From assembly GCA_963801165.1 (NCBI GenBank), contig CAWDDT010000005.1, positions 192,001 to 256,000 on the forward strand: DNA of 64,000 nt, in the 5' to 3' direction. Made by a program: the position numbers and the translations under genes. This DNA comes from an uncultured bacterium (GTDB lineage Bacteria > Actinomycetota > Acidimicrobiia > Spongiisociales > UBA5794). Shown here piece by piece: positions 19,914 through 28,423 of this stretch (position 1 is its first letter; each line of letters begins with the position of its first letter). Under the pieces are notes generated by a model. The model saw nothing but the letters and a program-made list of their open reading frames with translations. It was not told where the DNA came from and did no database searches.

Positions 19914-22822
19914 ACGTCACCCTCACCCTCAACGGCTCCCCCACCGTCTGTGAATGTGAGCCACACGAGTCGCTGCGCTCGGTCCTCAGGCGGCAAGGCC
20001 TCTTCAGCGTGCGGTTCGGGGCAGAGACCGGTGAGACCGGCGCCGACGCAGTGCTCGTGGACGGGCGGTTAGTGTCGAGCGAGATCATGCTCGCCGCCCA
20101 GGCCGACGGCCACGTCGTCGAGACCATCGAGAGCCTGAACCCTCCTCGCGGTCTTCATCCTCTGCAGGAGGCGTTCGTCGCCGCAGGCGCCATCCAGTCG
20201 GGATACTCGGCGCCGGCGATGATTCTCGCCGCCAAAGCTCTGCTGGATGCGAACCCGAACCCCACCGAGACCGAGGTACGCGACGCGCTGTCGGGCATCC
20301 TCGACCGTGAGACCGGGTATCTGCGACCGGTGCACGCGGTCTTGCGTGCCGCCGCCGTGCTCCGCGGCGAGGAGGTACCGGTTGTCGAACCGACCCTGAT
20401 TGATGCTCTCGTTGCTCCCGGCGGCGCCCCGGACCTCCATACCGCGATGGAGCCGCTCAGCCTGCCGCCGCTGGCCCCCCGGGTCGTGCCCAGCCCGGAG
20501 GTCCCGGAGACGAACGTCGTCGGCAAGCCGGAACGCAAGGTCGATGCGATCAAGCTCGCCAAGGGACACGCGGCGTTCGTTGACGACATCGAGATGCGGG
20601 GAATGCTGTACGCCAAGATGCTGTACAGCCCGTATGCACACGCCCGCATTCTCGACATCGACGACTCGAAGGCCCGCTCCCTTCCCGGCGTGCACGCCGT
20701 CTTGCACTACAAGAACGTCGCCCGCGTTCGCTATGCCTCAGGCGGGCAGAGCTACCCGAACCCCTTGCCGTACGACCAGGTCAGCTTCGACAACAAGGTG
20801 CGTCATGTGGGCGATCGCGTCGCGGTGGTGGCCGCCGACTCGATAGAGATCGCAGAACACGCAGTCCGGCTGATCGATGTCGATTACGAGGTTCTGCCTG
20901 CGGTTTTCGATGAGAACGAGGCAATCACAGGCGACGCCCCGGTGATCCACGACGAGCCGGACATGGAAGGTGCCCACGATGCGGCACGGAACATCGTCCA
21001 CCACATGGAAGCCGAGGTGCGTGACTTCGCCGCGGGTCTGGCAACGGCCGACCATGTGTTCGAAGGGACCTTCCGGGTCCATCAGGTTCAGCAGGCCCCC
21101 ATCGAACCGCATATCGCCATCGCCTGGCTTGACAGTGACGAACGGCTCGTCATCCGGACCTCTACCCAGGTGCCATTCCACGTACGGCGCATGGTGGCGC
21201 CACTCCTCGGCATGCCGGTCCGGGACGTGCGTATCGTCAAACCGCGTATCGGTGGCGGGTTCGGTGTCAAGCAGGAGATGCTCATCGAGGACATCGTCGG
21301 CCACCTGGCTCTGGTGACGGGACGACCGGTACGGCTGGAGCTCAACCGCCACGAGGAGTTCGTTTCCAGCCGGACCCGACATCCGCAAACGATCACCTAC
21401 ACCACCGGCGTCAAGTCGGATGGCACCCTGGTGGCACAGCGGATGCGGGTCGTGGGCAACACCGGGCCGTACGGTACCCACGGCCTAACCGTGCAACAGG
21501 TCAGCGGGCTGCGCGGGCTGAGCACCTACAACTGCCCGAACAAGAAGTTCGAATGCGATGTGGCCTACACCAACACCCCGGTGGCCGGCGCCTACCGCGG
21601 CTACGGCGCCCCCCAGGCGCTGTTCGCCCTCGAGTCGCACATGGAAGACATCGCAACCAAGCTGGGCATGGATCCGCTCGAGTTCCGCCGCAAGAACTGG
21701 ACCAAGGTCGGGGATCCCCTCGATGTCGCCGCCGAGCTCGGAGAAGGCGCGACCGAGATGAAGTTCATCCCCGTCGTCACCTCGAGCGGCATGGACGAAT
21801 GCACCGTGCAGGGCCAGCGGGCCGTGCGCTGGCACCGTCGCAACGACCCGGATTGGATCCAGCCGGCTGATCGCCCTCATATCCGGCGCGGGCTCGGCTT
21901 TGCCATGTGCATGCACGGGAGTGCCATCTCCGGGCTCGACATGGGAGGGGCCAGCATCAAGATCAACGACGACGGATCATTCAACCTGTTGATAGGGGCC
22001 ACCGACCTCGGTACGGGGGCGGACACCATCCTGGCGCAGATTGCAGCAGAGGTGCTCGGTGTCCCGACCGAAGACGTGATCGTCTACGCCGCCGACACCG
22101 ACATGACCCCGTTCGATGTCGGGGCGTACGCCTCGTCGACCACGTATGTCTCGGGAATGGCAGTGAAGAAAGCCGCCGAGCAGGTTCGGTACCAAATCGC
22201 GTCGCGGGCCGCCCTCATGCTCGACATCGACTCCGCCGGCGACATCGAGCTGCGGGGTCGCGCCGCATTCGCCCCCGACGGACGGTCGGTGACCCTCGGA
22301 CAGGTCGCCCTGCACTCGCTGCACCAGGACGATCAGCATCAGATCATGGCGACGGCGTCGTATGTGGCCCCTGATTCGCCGCCGCCCTACGCCGCCCAGT
22401 TCGCCGAGGTGGAAGTCGACGTGGAAACCGGCCAGGTGACGGTGCTCAACCTGGTGATGGCGGTCGACTGCGGCGTGCCGATAAATCCGCTGACCTCGTC
22501 AGGGCAGGTCGAAGGCGGCATGGTGCAGGCACTCGGGTACGCCCATTGTGAGGAGATGGCACTCGACGAGACGGGCACGATGGTCAACGCACGGTTCGGC
22601 CCGTACAAGATCTACCGGTCGGACGAGATGCCCAACATCGAGGCTTACCTGGTACAAACCATGGAGAAGTCGGGCCCGTTCGGCGCCAAGGCGATCGCCG
22701 AGATACCAAAGGATGGGGTCGCCCCCGCCATCCGCAATGCCATCTTCAACGCCACCGGCGTGCAGATCAACAACATCCCGTTCACCCCGGAGCGGGTCTG
22801 GCAAGCTTTGCAGACAGAGTGA
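19910..22822 (+). CDS. xdhD: XdhD/YgfN-like molybdopterin oxidoreductase: degenerate [2Fe-2S] domain fused to the Mo-binding subunit
   Basis: GGGFG, AYRGYGAPQ, GQVEGG and GPFGAKAIAE motifs. The N-terminal ferredoxin-like domain lacks Cys ligands and is followed by GGQSYPNP, as I recall for E. coli XdhD. Confidence 0.8.
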   Translation: MNVTLTLNGSPTVCECEPHESLRSVLRRQGLFSVRFGAETGETGADAVLVDGRLVSSEIMLAAQADGHVVETIESLNPPRGLHPLQEAFVAAGAIQSGYSAPAMILAAKALLDANPNPTETEVRDALSGILDRETGYLRPVHAVLRAAAVLRGEEVPVVEPTLIDALVAPGGAPDLHTAMEPLSLPPLAPRVVPSPEVPETNVVGKPERKVDAIKLAKGHAAFVDDIEMRGMLYAKMLYSPYAHARILDIDDSKARSLPGVHAVLHYKNVARVRYASGGQSYPNPLPYDQVSFDNKVRHVGDRVAVVAADSIEIAEHAVRLIDVDYEVLPAVFDENEAITGDAPVIHDEPDMEGAHDAARNIVHHMEAEVRDFAAGLATADHVFEGTFRVHQVQQAPIEPHIAIAWLDSDERLVIRTSTQVPFHVRRMVAPLLGMPVRDVRIVKPRIGGGFGVKQEMLIEDIVGHLALVTGRPVRLELNRHEEFVSSRTRHPQTITYTTGVKSDGTLVAQRMRVVGNTGPYGTHGLTVQQVSGLRGLSTYNCPNKKFECDVAYTNTPVAGAYRGYGAPQALFALESHMEDIATKLGMDPLEFRRKNWTKVGDPLDVAAELGEGATEMKFIPVVTSSGMDECTVQGQRAVRWHRRNDPDWIQPADRPHIRRGLGFAMCMHGSAISGLDMGGASIKINDDGSFNLLIGATDLGTGADTILAQIAAEVLGVPTEDVIVYAADTDMTPFDVGAYASSTTYVSGMAVKKAAEQVRYQIASRAALMLDIDSAGDIELRGRAAFAPDGRSVTLGQVALHSLHQDDQHQIMATASYVAPDSPPPYAAQFAEVEVDVETGQVTVLNLVMAVDCGVPINPLTSSGQVEGGMVQALGYAHCEEMALDETGTMVNARFGPYKIYRSDEMPNIEAYLVQTMEKSGPFGAKAIAEIPKDGVAPAIRNAIFNATGVQINNIPFTPERVWQALQTE

Positions 22823-23604
22823 CGGGCAACGAGCAAATACTGCGTGAGCTGGCGGCGGCGATCGAGCAGCACCGTCCGGTAGCCCTCGCCACCGTCATCT
22901 CGACCCGCCGCTCCGTGCCCCGGCATGCCGGGACCAAGATGCTGGTGTATGGCGACGGCACGACGACGGGTACGGTCGGAGGCGGGGAGATGGAAGCCAA
23001 GGTCGTCACCGCCGCCCGCGAGACAATCGAGACCGGCCGCCCCCGGGTGGTCGAGCACAGGCTCGTCGACCCCAAAGCAGGTGATCCCGGGGTTTGCGGC
23101 GGGGAAGCCACTTTCTATCTGGAGCCATTCATGCCCCCAACCACTGTCTACGTCATCGGATGCGGCCACGTCGGGGCTGCCGTAGTCGACCTGGCTCACT
23201 GGCTGGGATACCGCACCGTGGCCATCGACGACCGGCCGGAGCTCGTCACCGCAGAAGCGCTGCCCAATGCCGACGTTCGCTTTGGTGGGGACATCAGCGA
23301 GGCGCTGGCGGCTCACCCGGTACCTGAAGATGCTGCGATTGTCGTCGTTACCCGGAGCCCGGAGCTCGACGCTCGTATTCTCCCCGACCTGCTGGCGACC
23401 AACGCTCGCTATGTGGGTGTGATGGGCAGCCAGAAGCGCTGGGCGCAGACCCGAAACGAGATCCTGTCTCGCGGGGTCTCGGAGGAAGCGGCCGACCGGG
23501 TACACGTTCCCATCGGCATCGAGCTGCATGCGGAGACCCTCGAGGAGATTGCGGTATCGATCATGTCGGAGATCATTCGGGAGAATCGGTCGGAGGCCGG
23601 ATGA
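22819..23604 (+). CDS. xdhC: XdhC/CoxF family Moco maturation factor
   Basis: SVPRHAGTKM, GTVGGG, VCGG, GCGHVG, YVGVMGS and PIGIEL motifs. Confidence 0.9.
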   Translation: MTGNEQILRELAAAIEQHRPVALATVISTRRSVPRHAGTKMLVYGDGTTTGTVGGGEMEAKVVTAARETIETGRPRVVEHRLVDPKAGDPGVCGGEATFYLEPFMPPTTVYVIGCGHVGAAVVDLAHWLGYRTVAIDDRPELVTAEALPNADVRFGGDISEALAAHPVPEDAAIVVVTRSPELDARILPDLLATNARYVGVMGSQKRWAQTRNEILSRGVSEEAADRVHVPIGIELHAETLEEIAVSIMSEIIRENRSEAG

Positions 23605-24407
23605 TGCTCTTCGGCGAGCACCTCGTCGTCGTGCGGGGTGGTGGTGACCTGGCCACCGGTACCGTGTACCGGCTCCAACGAGCCGGGTTCCCGACGCTCG
23701 TGCTCGAGCTGGCCCGACCACTGGCCATCCGCCGCACGGTGTCGGTGGCAAGCGCGGTCATCGAGGACCATGTCGTCGTCGATGGCCTCGACGCGACGCG
23801 AGCCGACACCATCGAGGAAGCGGTGGAGGTGGCCGGGACCGGCGCCATCCCGGTGCTGGTGAGCCCGACCCTGCCGCGGCTCACTTCGGTGCCATCGGTG
23901 GTCGTCGACGCCCGTCTCGCCAAGCGGAACATCGACACCACCATCGACGACGCCTCGTTCGTCGTCGGGCTCGGCCCCGGGTTCACCGCTGGCAACGACT
24001 GTCATGCGGTCATCGAGACGATGCGGGGTCACGATCTGGGCCGGGTCATCTGGGAGGGCCAGGCGGCTCCCAACACCGGCGTGCCCGGGCTCGTCGGGGG
24101 CAGGACCTCCGAACGAGTCGTTCGGGCTGAGAAGTCCGGCATGCTGAGCTGGAATGCGAGTATCGGCGATCTGGTTGTCGAGGGGGATGTGCTCGGCAAC
24201 ATCAGCGGCACACCGATCCGGTCGCGTCTCGGCGGGGTGGTGCGCGGTCTGCTGGCACCGGGCTACGAGGTGGAAGAGAATTGGAAGCTGGCCGACATCG
24301 ACCCACGCGCAGACACTACGGCGTGTTTCGAGATCTCGGACAAGTCGCTTGCGGTCGGCGGTGGCGTCGTCGAGGCCGTGCTCACGTGGCTCAACAGCCG
24401 CTCGTGA
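23601..24407 (+). CDS. yqeB: Selenium-dependent molybdenum hydroxylase system protein, YqeB/EF2563 family
   Basis: VRGGGDLATG, AIRRTVS, DARLAKRN, GLGPGF, ETMRGHDLGR, DIDPR and ISDKSLAVGGGVVEA motifs. Confidence 0.9.
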   Translation: MMLFGEHLVVVRGGGDLATGTVYRLQRAGFPTLVLELARPLAIRRTVSVASAVIEDHVVVDGLDATRADTIEEAVEVAGTGAIPVLVSPTLPRLTSVPSVVVDARLAKRNIDTTIDDASFVVGLGPGFTAGNDCHAVIETMRGHDLGRVIWEGQAAPNTGVPGLVGGRTSERVVRAEKSGMLSWNASIGDLVVEGDVLGNISGTPIRSRLGGVVRGLLAPGYEVEENWKLADIDPRADTTACFEISDKSLAVGGGVVEAVLTWLNSRS

Positions 24408-24479
24408 CACCGTTCGTGACACGGAGTCGATGGTTGACTTAGTGGTTTCTGAGACCGATCAATTAGGTTGTGGACACAC

Positions 24480-25340
24480 ATGACTGATCACATTGCACCG
24501 ACCTGCTACCGCCACCCCGACAGGGAGACGTATCTGTCGTGCAGCAATTGTGGGCGACCTATCTGCCCGGACTGCTCGCATGAAGCACCCGTCGGTCAGA
24601 AGTGCCCCGAGTGCTTGAGGGCCGGTGGGAAACAGAGGATCGTCAACGGCAGGGCAGCGATCTCGGGGCCCTCGTTTCAGACGAGCCCGGTGGTGTTCAC
24701 GCTGATTGCCATCAACGTGCTCATCTTCATGATCGGGCTGTACTCACCATCGCTACACAACAACCTCATCAACGATTACGGCTCGCTGCGTCTCGCCCGG
24801 ACCCAGACCGGTGCGATCATCGGTATCGGCGCAGGCGAATGGTGGCGTGCTATCACCTATGCGTTCCTCCACGCCGGCTTCCTACACATCCTGTTCAACA
24901 TGTATTTCCTGTACATCTTCGGGCCGCGCCTCGAACAGCAGGTCAAGGCGGGCGCCTTCACCGGCATCTTTCTGGCAAGCGCCGCCGGCGGCAGCCTCGC
25001 CTCGTTCCTATTCGGGCCACCGAATATCCCCTCCATCGGCGCGTCGGGGGCGCTGTTCGGTCTGTTCGGTGCCTGGTTGTACGCCGCATACCGCCAGCGC
25101 GGCTCGGCGGCGGGCAAGGCGATGTTCAACCAGCTGGGCGGGATCCTGCTGCTCAACATGGCCCTGCCGCTCTTCATCCCCGACATCGACTGGCGTGGCC
25201 ATGTCGGCGGTCTGGTTACCGGTGTTGTGATCGCGTTGCTGTGGGAGCGGATCGCCCGCGGCCGCAACGCCCGGATGAAGCGGACGATCACGGCCTACGC
25301 CGTCTTCATCGCCATCATGGCGGCGCTCATCATCCTGTAG
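24480..25340 (+). CDS. Rhomboid intramembrane serine protease with N-terminal B-box-like zinc finger
   Basis: CYRHPDRETYLSCSNCGRPICPDC, HILFNM, GASG and HVGGL motifs. Confidence 0.93.
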   Translation: MTDHIAPTCYRHPDRETYLSCSNCGRPICPDCSHEAPVGQKCPECLRAGGKQRIVNGRAAISGPSFQTSPVVFTLIAINVLIFMIGLYSPSLHNNLINDYGSLRLARTQTGAIIGIGAGEWWRAITYAFLHAGFLHILFNMYFLYIFGPRLEQQVKAGAFTGIFLASAAGGSLASFLFGPPNIPSIGASGALFGLFGAWLYAAYRQRGSAAGKAMFNQLGGILLLNMALPLFIPDIDWRGHVGGLVTGVVIALLWERIARGRNARMKRTITAYAVFIAIMAALIIL

Positions 25341-25392
25341 CTGACTAGCTCAGCCTCACTGACAGCAAGTGACCTTTAAGCGCGGCGAATTA

Positions 25393-26052
25393 ATGCCGAT
25401 AGTCACCTTGATGAGTGCACTCGATCCTTCCGACCCGCAAGTGACCGCCGCTGAGATGCGTGCGGATGCGATCGCGCAGTTGAAGTCTGCCCGTGAGCTG
25501 GCAAAGAAGGTTCGCGCAGAAGCCGTCACGGAGCTCGAAGATGCCCGTGCGCGGGTGCGCCGGATAGCCGCTCGTGAAGAGGAGATGGCAGAACGGTGGG
25601 CCAAGCTGCTGGAAGCGGAGAACCGGATGGCACTATCACCGCCGGCGTTACCCCAGATATCAGCGTCCGATCCAAACGCGCTGGTCACTGCCGCTCAGCA
25701 AGAGGCCCGCAGCATCATCGCACGTGCCGATGCCGAAGCCCGCGGCATTCGGGAGCAGGCTATGCGGCTGCTCGCGGTGGCCGAGGGTGAGAAGGCCGAA
25801 TCGCATGTAATGGCGAAGTCGGAGACCGAACGGGCCATGCTCGAGGCGCGGCGCCTGCGCGCCGAGGCCGAGGAAGAGGCCGAGGGTCTGCGAAAGGACG
25901 CCGAACTGGTTGCCGACGGCGATCAGAGCATGTACGCACGCCGCGGTCGCAGGCTGCCCCGAATCGGCGAGAGCGCCAACGGCCTGCTGGCCGAGATGTC
26001 GGGTTTGCGAGCCAGGTTCACCGAAGACGACGAAAGCCGCCAGGTCGTCTAG
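25393..26052 (+). CDS. Coiled-coil protein of unknown function (DivIVA/AbpS-like heptads)
   Basis: Ala/Glu/Arg-rich EARSIIARADAEARGIREQA repeats. Start uncertain. Confidence 0.65.
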   Translation: MPIVTLMSALDPSDPQVTAAEMRADAIAQLKSARELAKKVRAEAVTELEDARARVRRIAAREEEMAERWAKLLEAENRMALSPPALPQISASDPNALVTAAQQEARSIIARADAEARGIREQAMRLLAVAEGEKAESHVMAKSETERAMLEARRLRAEAEEEAEGLRKDAELVADGDQSMYARRGRRLPRIGESANGLLAEMSGLRARFTEDDESRQVV

Positions 26053-26091
26053 CCGGCCGCTACTCCCGGAGCCGGCGCCAACGGTTCCACC

Positions 26092-26521
26092 CAACTCACC
26101 TGCCCGCGCCCGACGTTCGGTCGCAGTTTCACTGAGCCTCGACCTGGGTTTCGTTCACTTTTCCTGCGAGCTGGGAGCAAGCAGCAACTTCCCATTTCCC
26201 TGGATCCACGGGATGTGGCCGTCTTCGGGTGGCGAAGAGGTCGATTTCATCAGCTCTCTGAGCGATCTGAGTTGCACTCTTTCTGTGAATCTAGACCGGT
26301 TCGCAGGGCCCTCCTCGACCTGGCCCTGCGGGCCGGTCGATCCTCCCAGAGGGAGGATGAATTCCTTCCCCTACGGGACCCGCGGATTGAGAACTTCGGG
26401 GGATCGGCCGGGCGTAGCCCGGACGAAAGAGTCAGGAACAACGACGACCGGCTTGGGTTCTGCTTCGCAGAACATCAGCAAGGGGGCGCGGCCAAATGGC
26501 GCTGCGGGTGTACCGAAGTTG
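26092..26521 (+). ncRNA. Candidate structured RNA or composite REP cluster in a 500-bp convergent intergenic gap
   Basis: At least six hairpins, including a cUUCGg loop, with G-U pairs only on the + strand and pairing of the 5' and 3' ends. No known family recognised. Confidence 0.35.
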
Positions 26522-26551
26522 CGGGGTCTGTGACCTGAGCGGGGGCCGGGC

Positions 26552-27937
26552 TCAGCTGGGCGGCGATGCCACTAACTCGAAGAGCATCGCGGCTGGAGAG
26601 TCGGCGATCCGGACGACCTTCATCTCTATGCCGAACCACTTGACCCCGCTCTTCGTCTGGCTGTTGAGCCAGGAAAGAGCCTGCAGCTGCTCCTGCTCGA
26701 ATTTCGCCGACACCAGCGCGACGGTTGCGGCGCCCGAGGAAGCAGCCATGCCAAGGGCACGACCGAGGTCGGAATCGTTTGCGACAGCCTCCTCTGAGGA
26801 GACAACGACCACATCGTCCCCGTTGTCGTCGCGCCCGACGACACCGCTGGCGCTCTTGGTCGTGTATTGACGGGCGTCCTTGAGCCCGGCCGCGAGACCG
26901 AGCACGTCACCTAGCTGCTTGGAATGAGCCAGGAACCACGGCGCAAAGTACTCGGCGCCTTCGGCCCAAACACTGGCCGGATCAACCTGCTCGAGAGTTC
27001 CAAAGTCCATCAGTACCTCCGCGTGTTGCTCCGGTTCTTGTTCTGCGAGGCCCGGCTCCGGTGACGGTTTATCGATCTCGTCGTCCTCGGGCTGTGCGCT
27101 CGCCTCGGGGGCGGCCTCCACCTGCGGCATCCAGCGTGACGGCTGCGGCGAGGGAGCGGGTTCCGGCGGGGCAGCGAAGACCTCAGGGACGGTCGTCTCG
27201 ATAGTGGGCGTCGGCTCCGTTTCGGGCTCAGCCGCATAGAGGACGGGTTCGGGATCGACCGGGCGACCGTACAGCTGAGCTGCTGCCTCTTCGGCGATGG
27301 CCGCTATGTTGGCCTCGGCCTCTCCCCAGGACTGGTCCGCCCCGGGAAGGGCAATCTCGGCCAGACCCTGGCTGGACCCGTTGTACGCATCCCACGGGCT
27401 CGGGGTCACCTCAATCGGCTCGCCTCCGATCGCGGCGGCCGATGTCGAGGTATCCCATGTCGGCTCTGACACCATCGGCTCCGAAGGGACGGGGCCGGTC
27501 TCGGCGTCGGCGTCCGCGTCGGCGTCGAACACTTCGGGCAATCCGGGCGCGGCAGAGAAATCCGCGGCGGCGCCTGGGATCCTGGTCGGCATCGCGCCGA
27601 ACGACGGCATGGTGGTCTCCGGCTCGACGTACTCGTCCGGTGCAGACGGCTCCAACACCTCCGGCACTCGATCCTCGGCGAAGTTGGGACCAATCGCCTC
27701 GATACGCGCCAGCGACTGCTCCTTCTCCATCAGCCGGGCGCGTTCCAGGATGTCGCCGCTGGTGATACGCCCGTCCTCACCGGATCCGGCAACGGTTGCG
27801 AGGTCGATGACACCGCTCTCGACGAGACGCTGCGCCCGAGGCGACAGGTCTTCGGTACGCACCTCGGCGGCCGATGTGTCGTCCTCATCGCTATATGAGC
27901 TCCTACGACGGCGTGAGCGCCTGCGAACCACAGCCAC
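26552..27937 (-). CDS. E3-binding (PSBD) domain + acidic Pro-rich linker + degenerate PD-(D/E)XK (DUF4268-associated) nuclease-like domain
   Basis: SPRAQRLVESGVIDLATVAGSGEDGRITSGDI near the N-terminus. C-terminal FGTLEQVDPASVW..FAPW...ALSWLN...FGIEMKVVRIADSPAA. GGAGGAGG RBS before GTG 27937. Confidence 0.75.
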   Translation of the reverse strand: MAVVRRRSRRRRSSYSDEDDTSAAEVRTEDLSPRAQRLVESGVIDLATVAGSGEDGRITSGDILERARLMEKEQSLARIEAIGPNFAEDRVPEVLEPSAPDEYVEPETTMPSFGAMPTRIPGAAADFSAAPGLPEVFDADADADAETGPVPSEPMVSEPTWDTSTSAAAIGGEPIEVTPSPWDAYNGSSQGLAEIALPGADQSWGEAEANIAAIAEEAAAQLYGRPVDPEPVLYAAEPETEPTPTIETTVPEVFAAPPEPAPSPQPSRWMPQVEAAPEASAQPEDDEIDKPSPEPGLAEQEPEQHAEVLMDFGTLEQVDPASVWAEGAEYFAPWFLAHSKQLGDVLGLAAGLKDARQYTTKSASGVVGRDDNGDDVVVVSSEEAVANDSDLGRALGMAASSGAATVALVSAKFEQEQLQALSWLNSQTKSGVKWFGIEMKVVRIADSPAAMLFELVASPPS

Positions 27938-28207
27938 GCCTCCTCCTCTGTTCGAGCGGTGACCAATCACTACGAATGACGAATCGGACGACAATGACCG
28001 GGTCTTGAGCCGCTTTCGTCACCTCTTGGCCCATTTCACCCGGCTCATGTCACTCCCGCAGCGGGTTGCTACGCGTGATGCAGTATGGGTATCCGCCGGG
28101 AGAGGGTGTGCCGAGGAAGGCGGTCACCCAGGTGATCTGCATTACGTGACCCTAGACCCGGCCGGCTGTGACGTTGGCTTGCGCGCCGTGGCAGGCTTCC
28201 TTGGGCG

Positions 28208-28423
28208 TCAAGCCGCGACAGAAACCTCGTGCCCGGTGCAGACCTCACAGGCAGGATCGGGGCAGCGGTCGACGACGGTGAAGTCGAATCCCGCTTCGTC
28301 CAGCAGCTGCTCGATATCCATGAGCACACGTGTCGTCGCGTTTTGTGTCGTCGCGTTTTGTGTCGTCGCGTTTTGTGTCGTCGCGTTTTGTGTCGTCGTC
28401 GCGTTCTGTGTTGTTGCCTTCAT
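28208..28423 (-). CDS. Small protein with N-terminal TQNAT repeats and C-terminal CPxPxCxxC motif
   Basis: ATGA overlap with the upstream TetR stop; 71 aa. Confidence 0.6.
   Translation of the reverse strand: MKATTQNATTTQNATTQNATTQNATTQNATTRVLMDIEQLLDEAGFDFTVVDRCPDPACEVCTGHEVSVAA
28331..28408. repeat. 15-bp tandem repeat TGTCGTCGCGTTTTG, four perfect copies and one degenerate
   Basis: Read directly from the sequence. In frame within the small ORF. Confidence 0.95.

Noticed and set aside
19910-22822. Selenocysteine (UGA) recoding explaining the missing Cys residues
   Set aside because: The ORF has no in-frame TGA; the ligand positions are ordinary Ala/Thr/Asp/Glu/Ser codons.
26053-26551. 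RNase P RNA, tmRNA, SRP RNA or group II intron
   Set aside because: Only an isolated GGAGCAAG matches. I found no GAGGAAAGUCC, tRNA-like ends, SRP loop or domain V motif on either strand.
28331-28408. 15-bp repeat as a CRISPR or iteron array
   Set aside because: It has no spacers, lies in frame inside a small ORF, and has no rep gene nearby.
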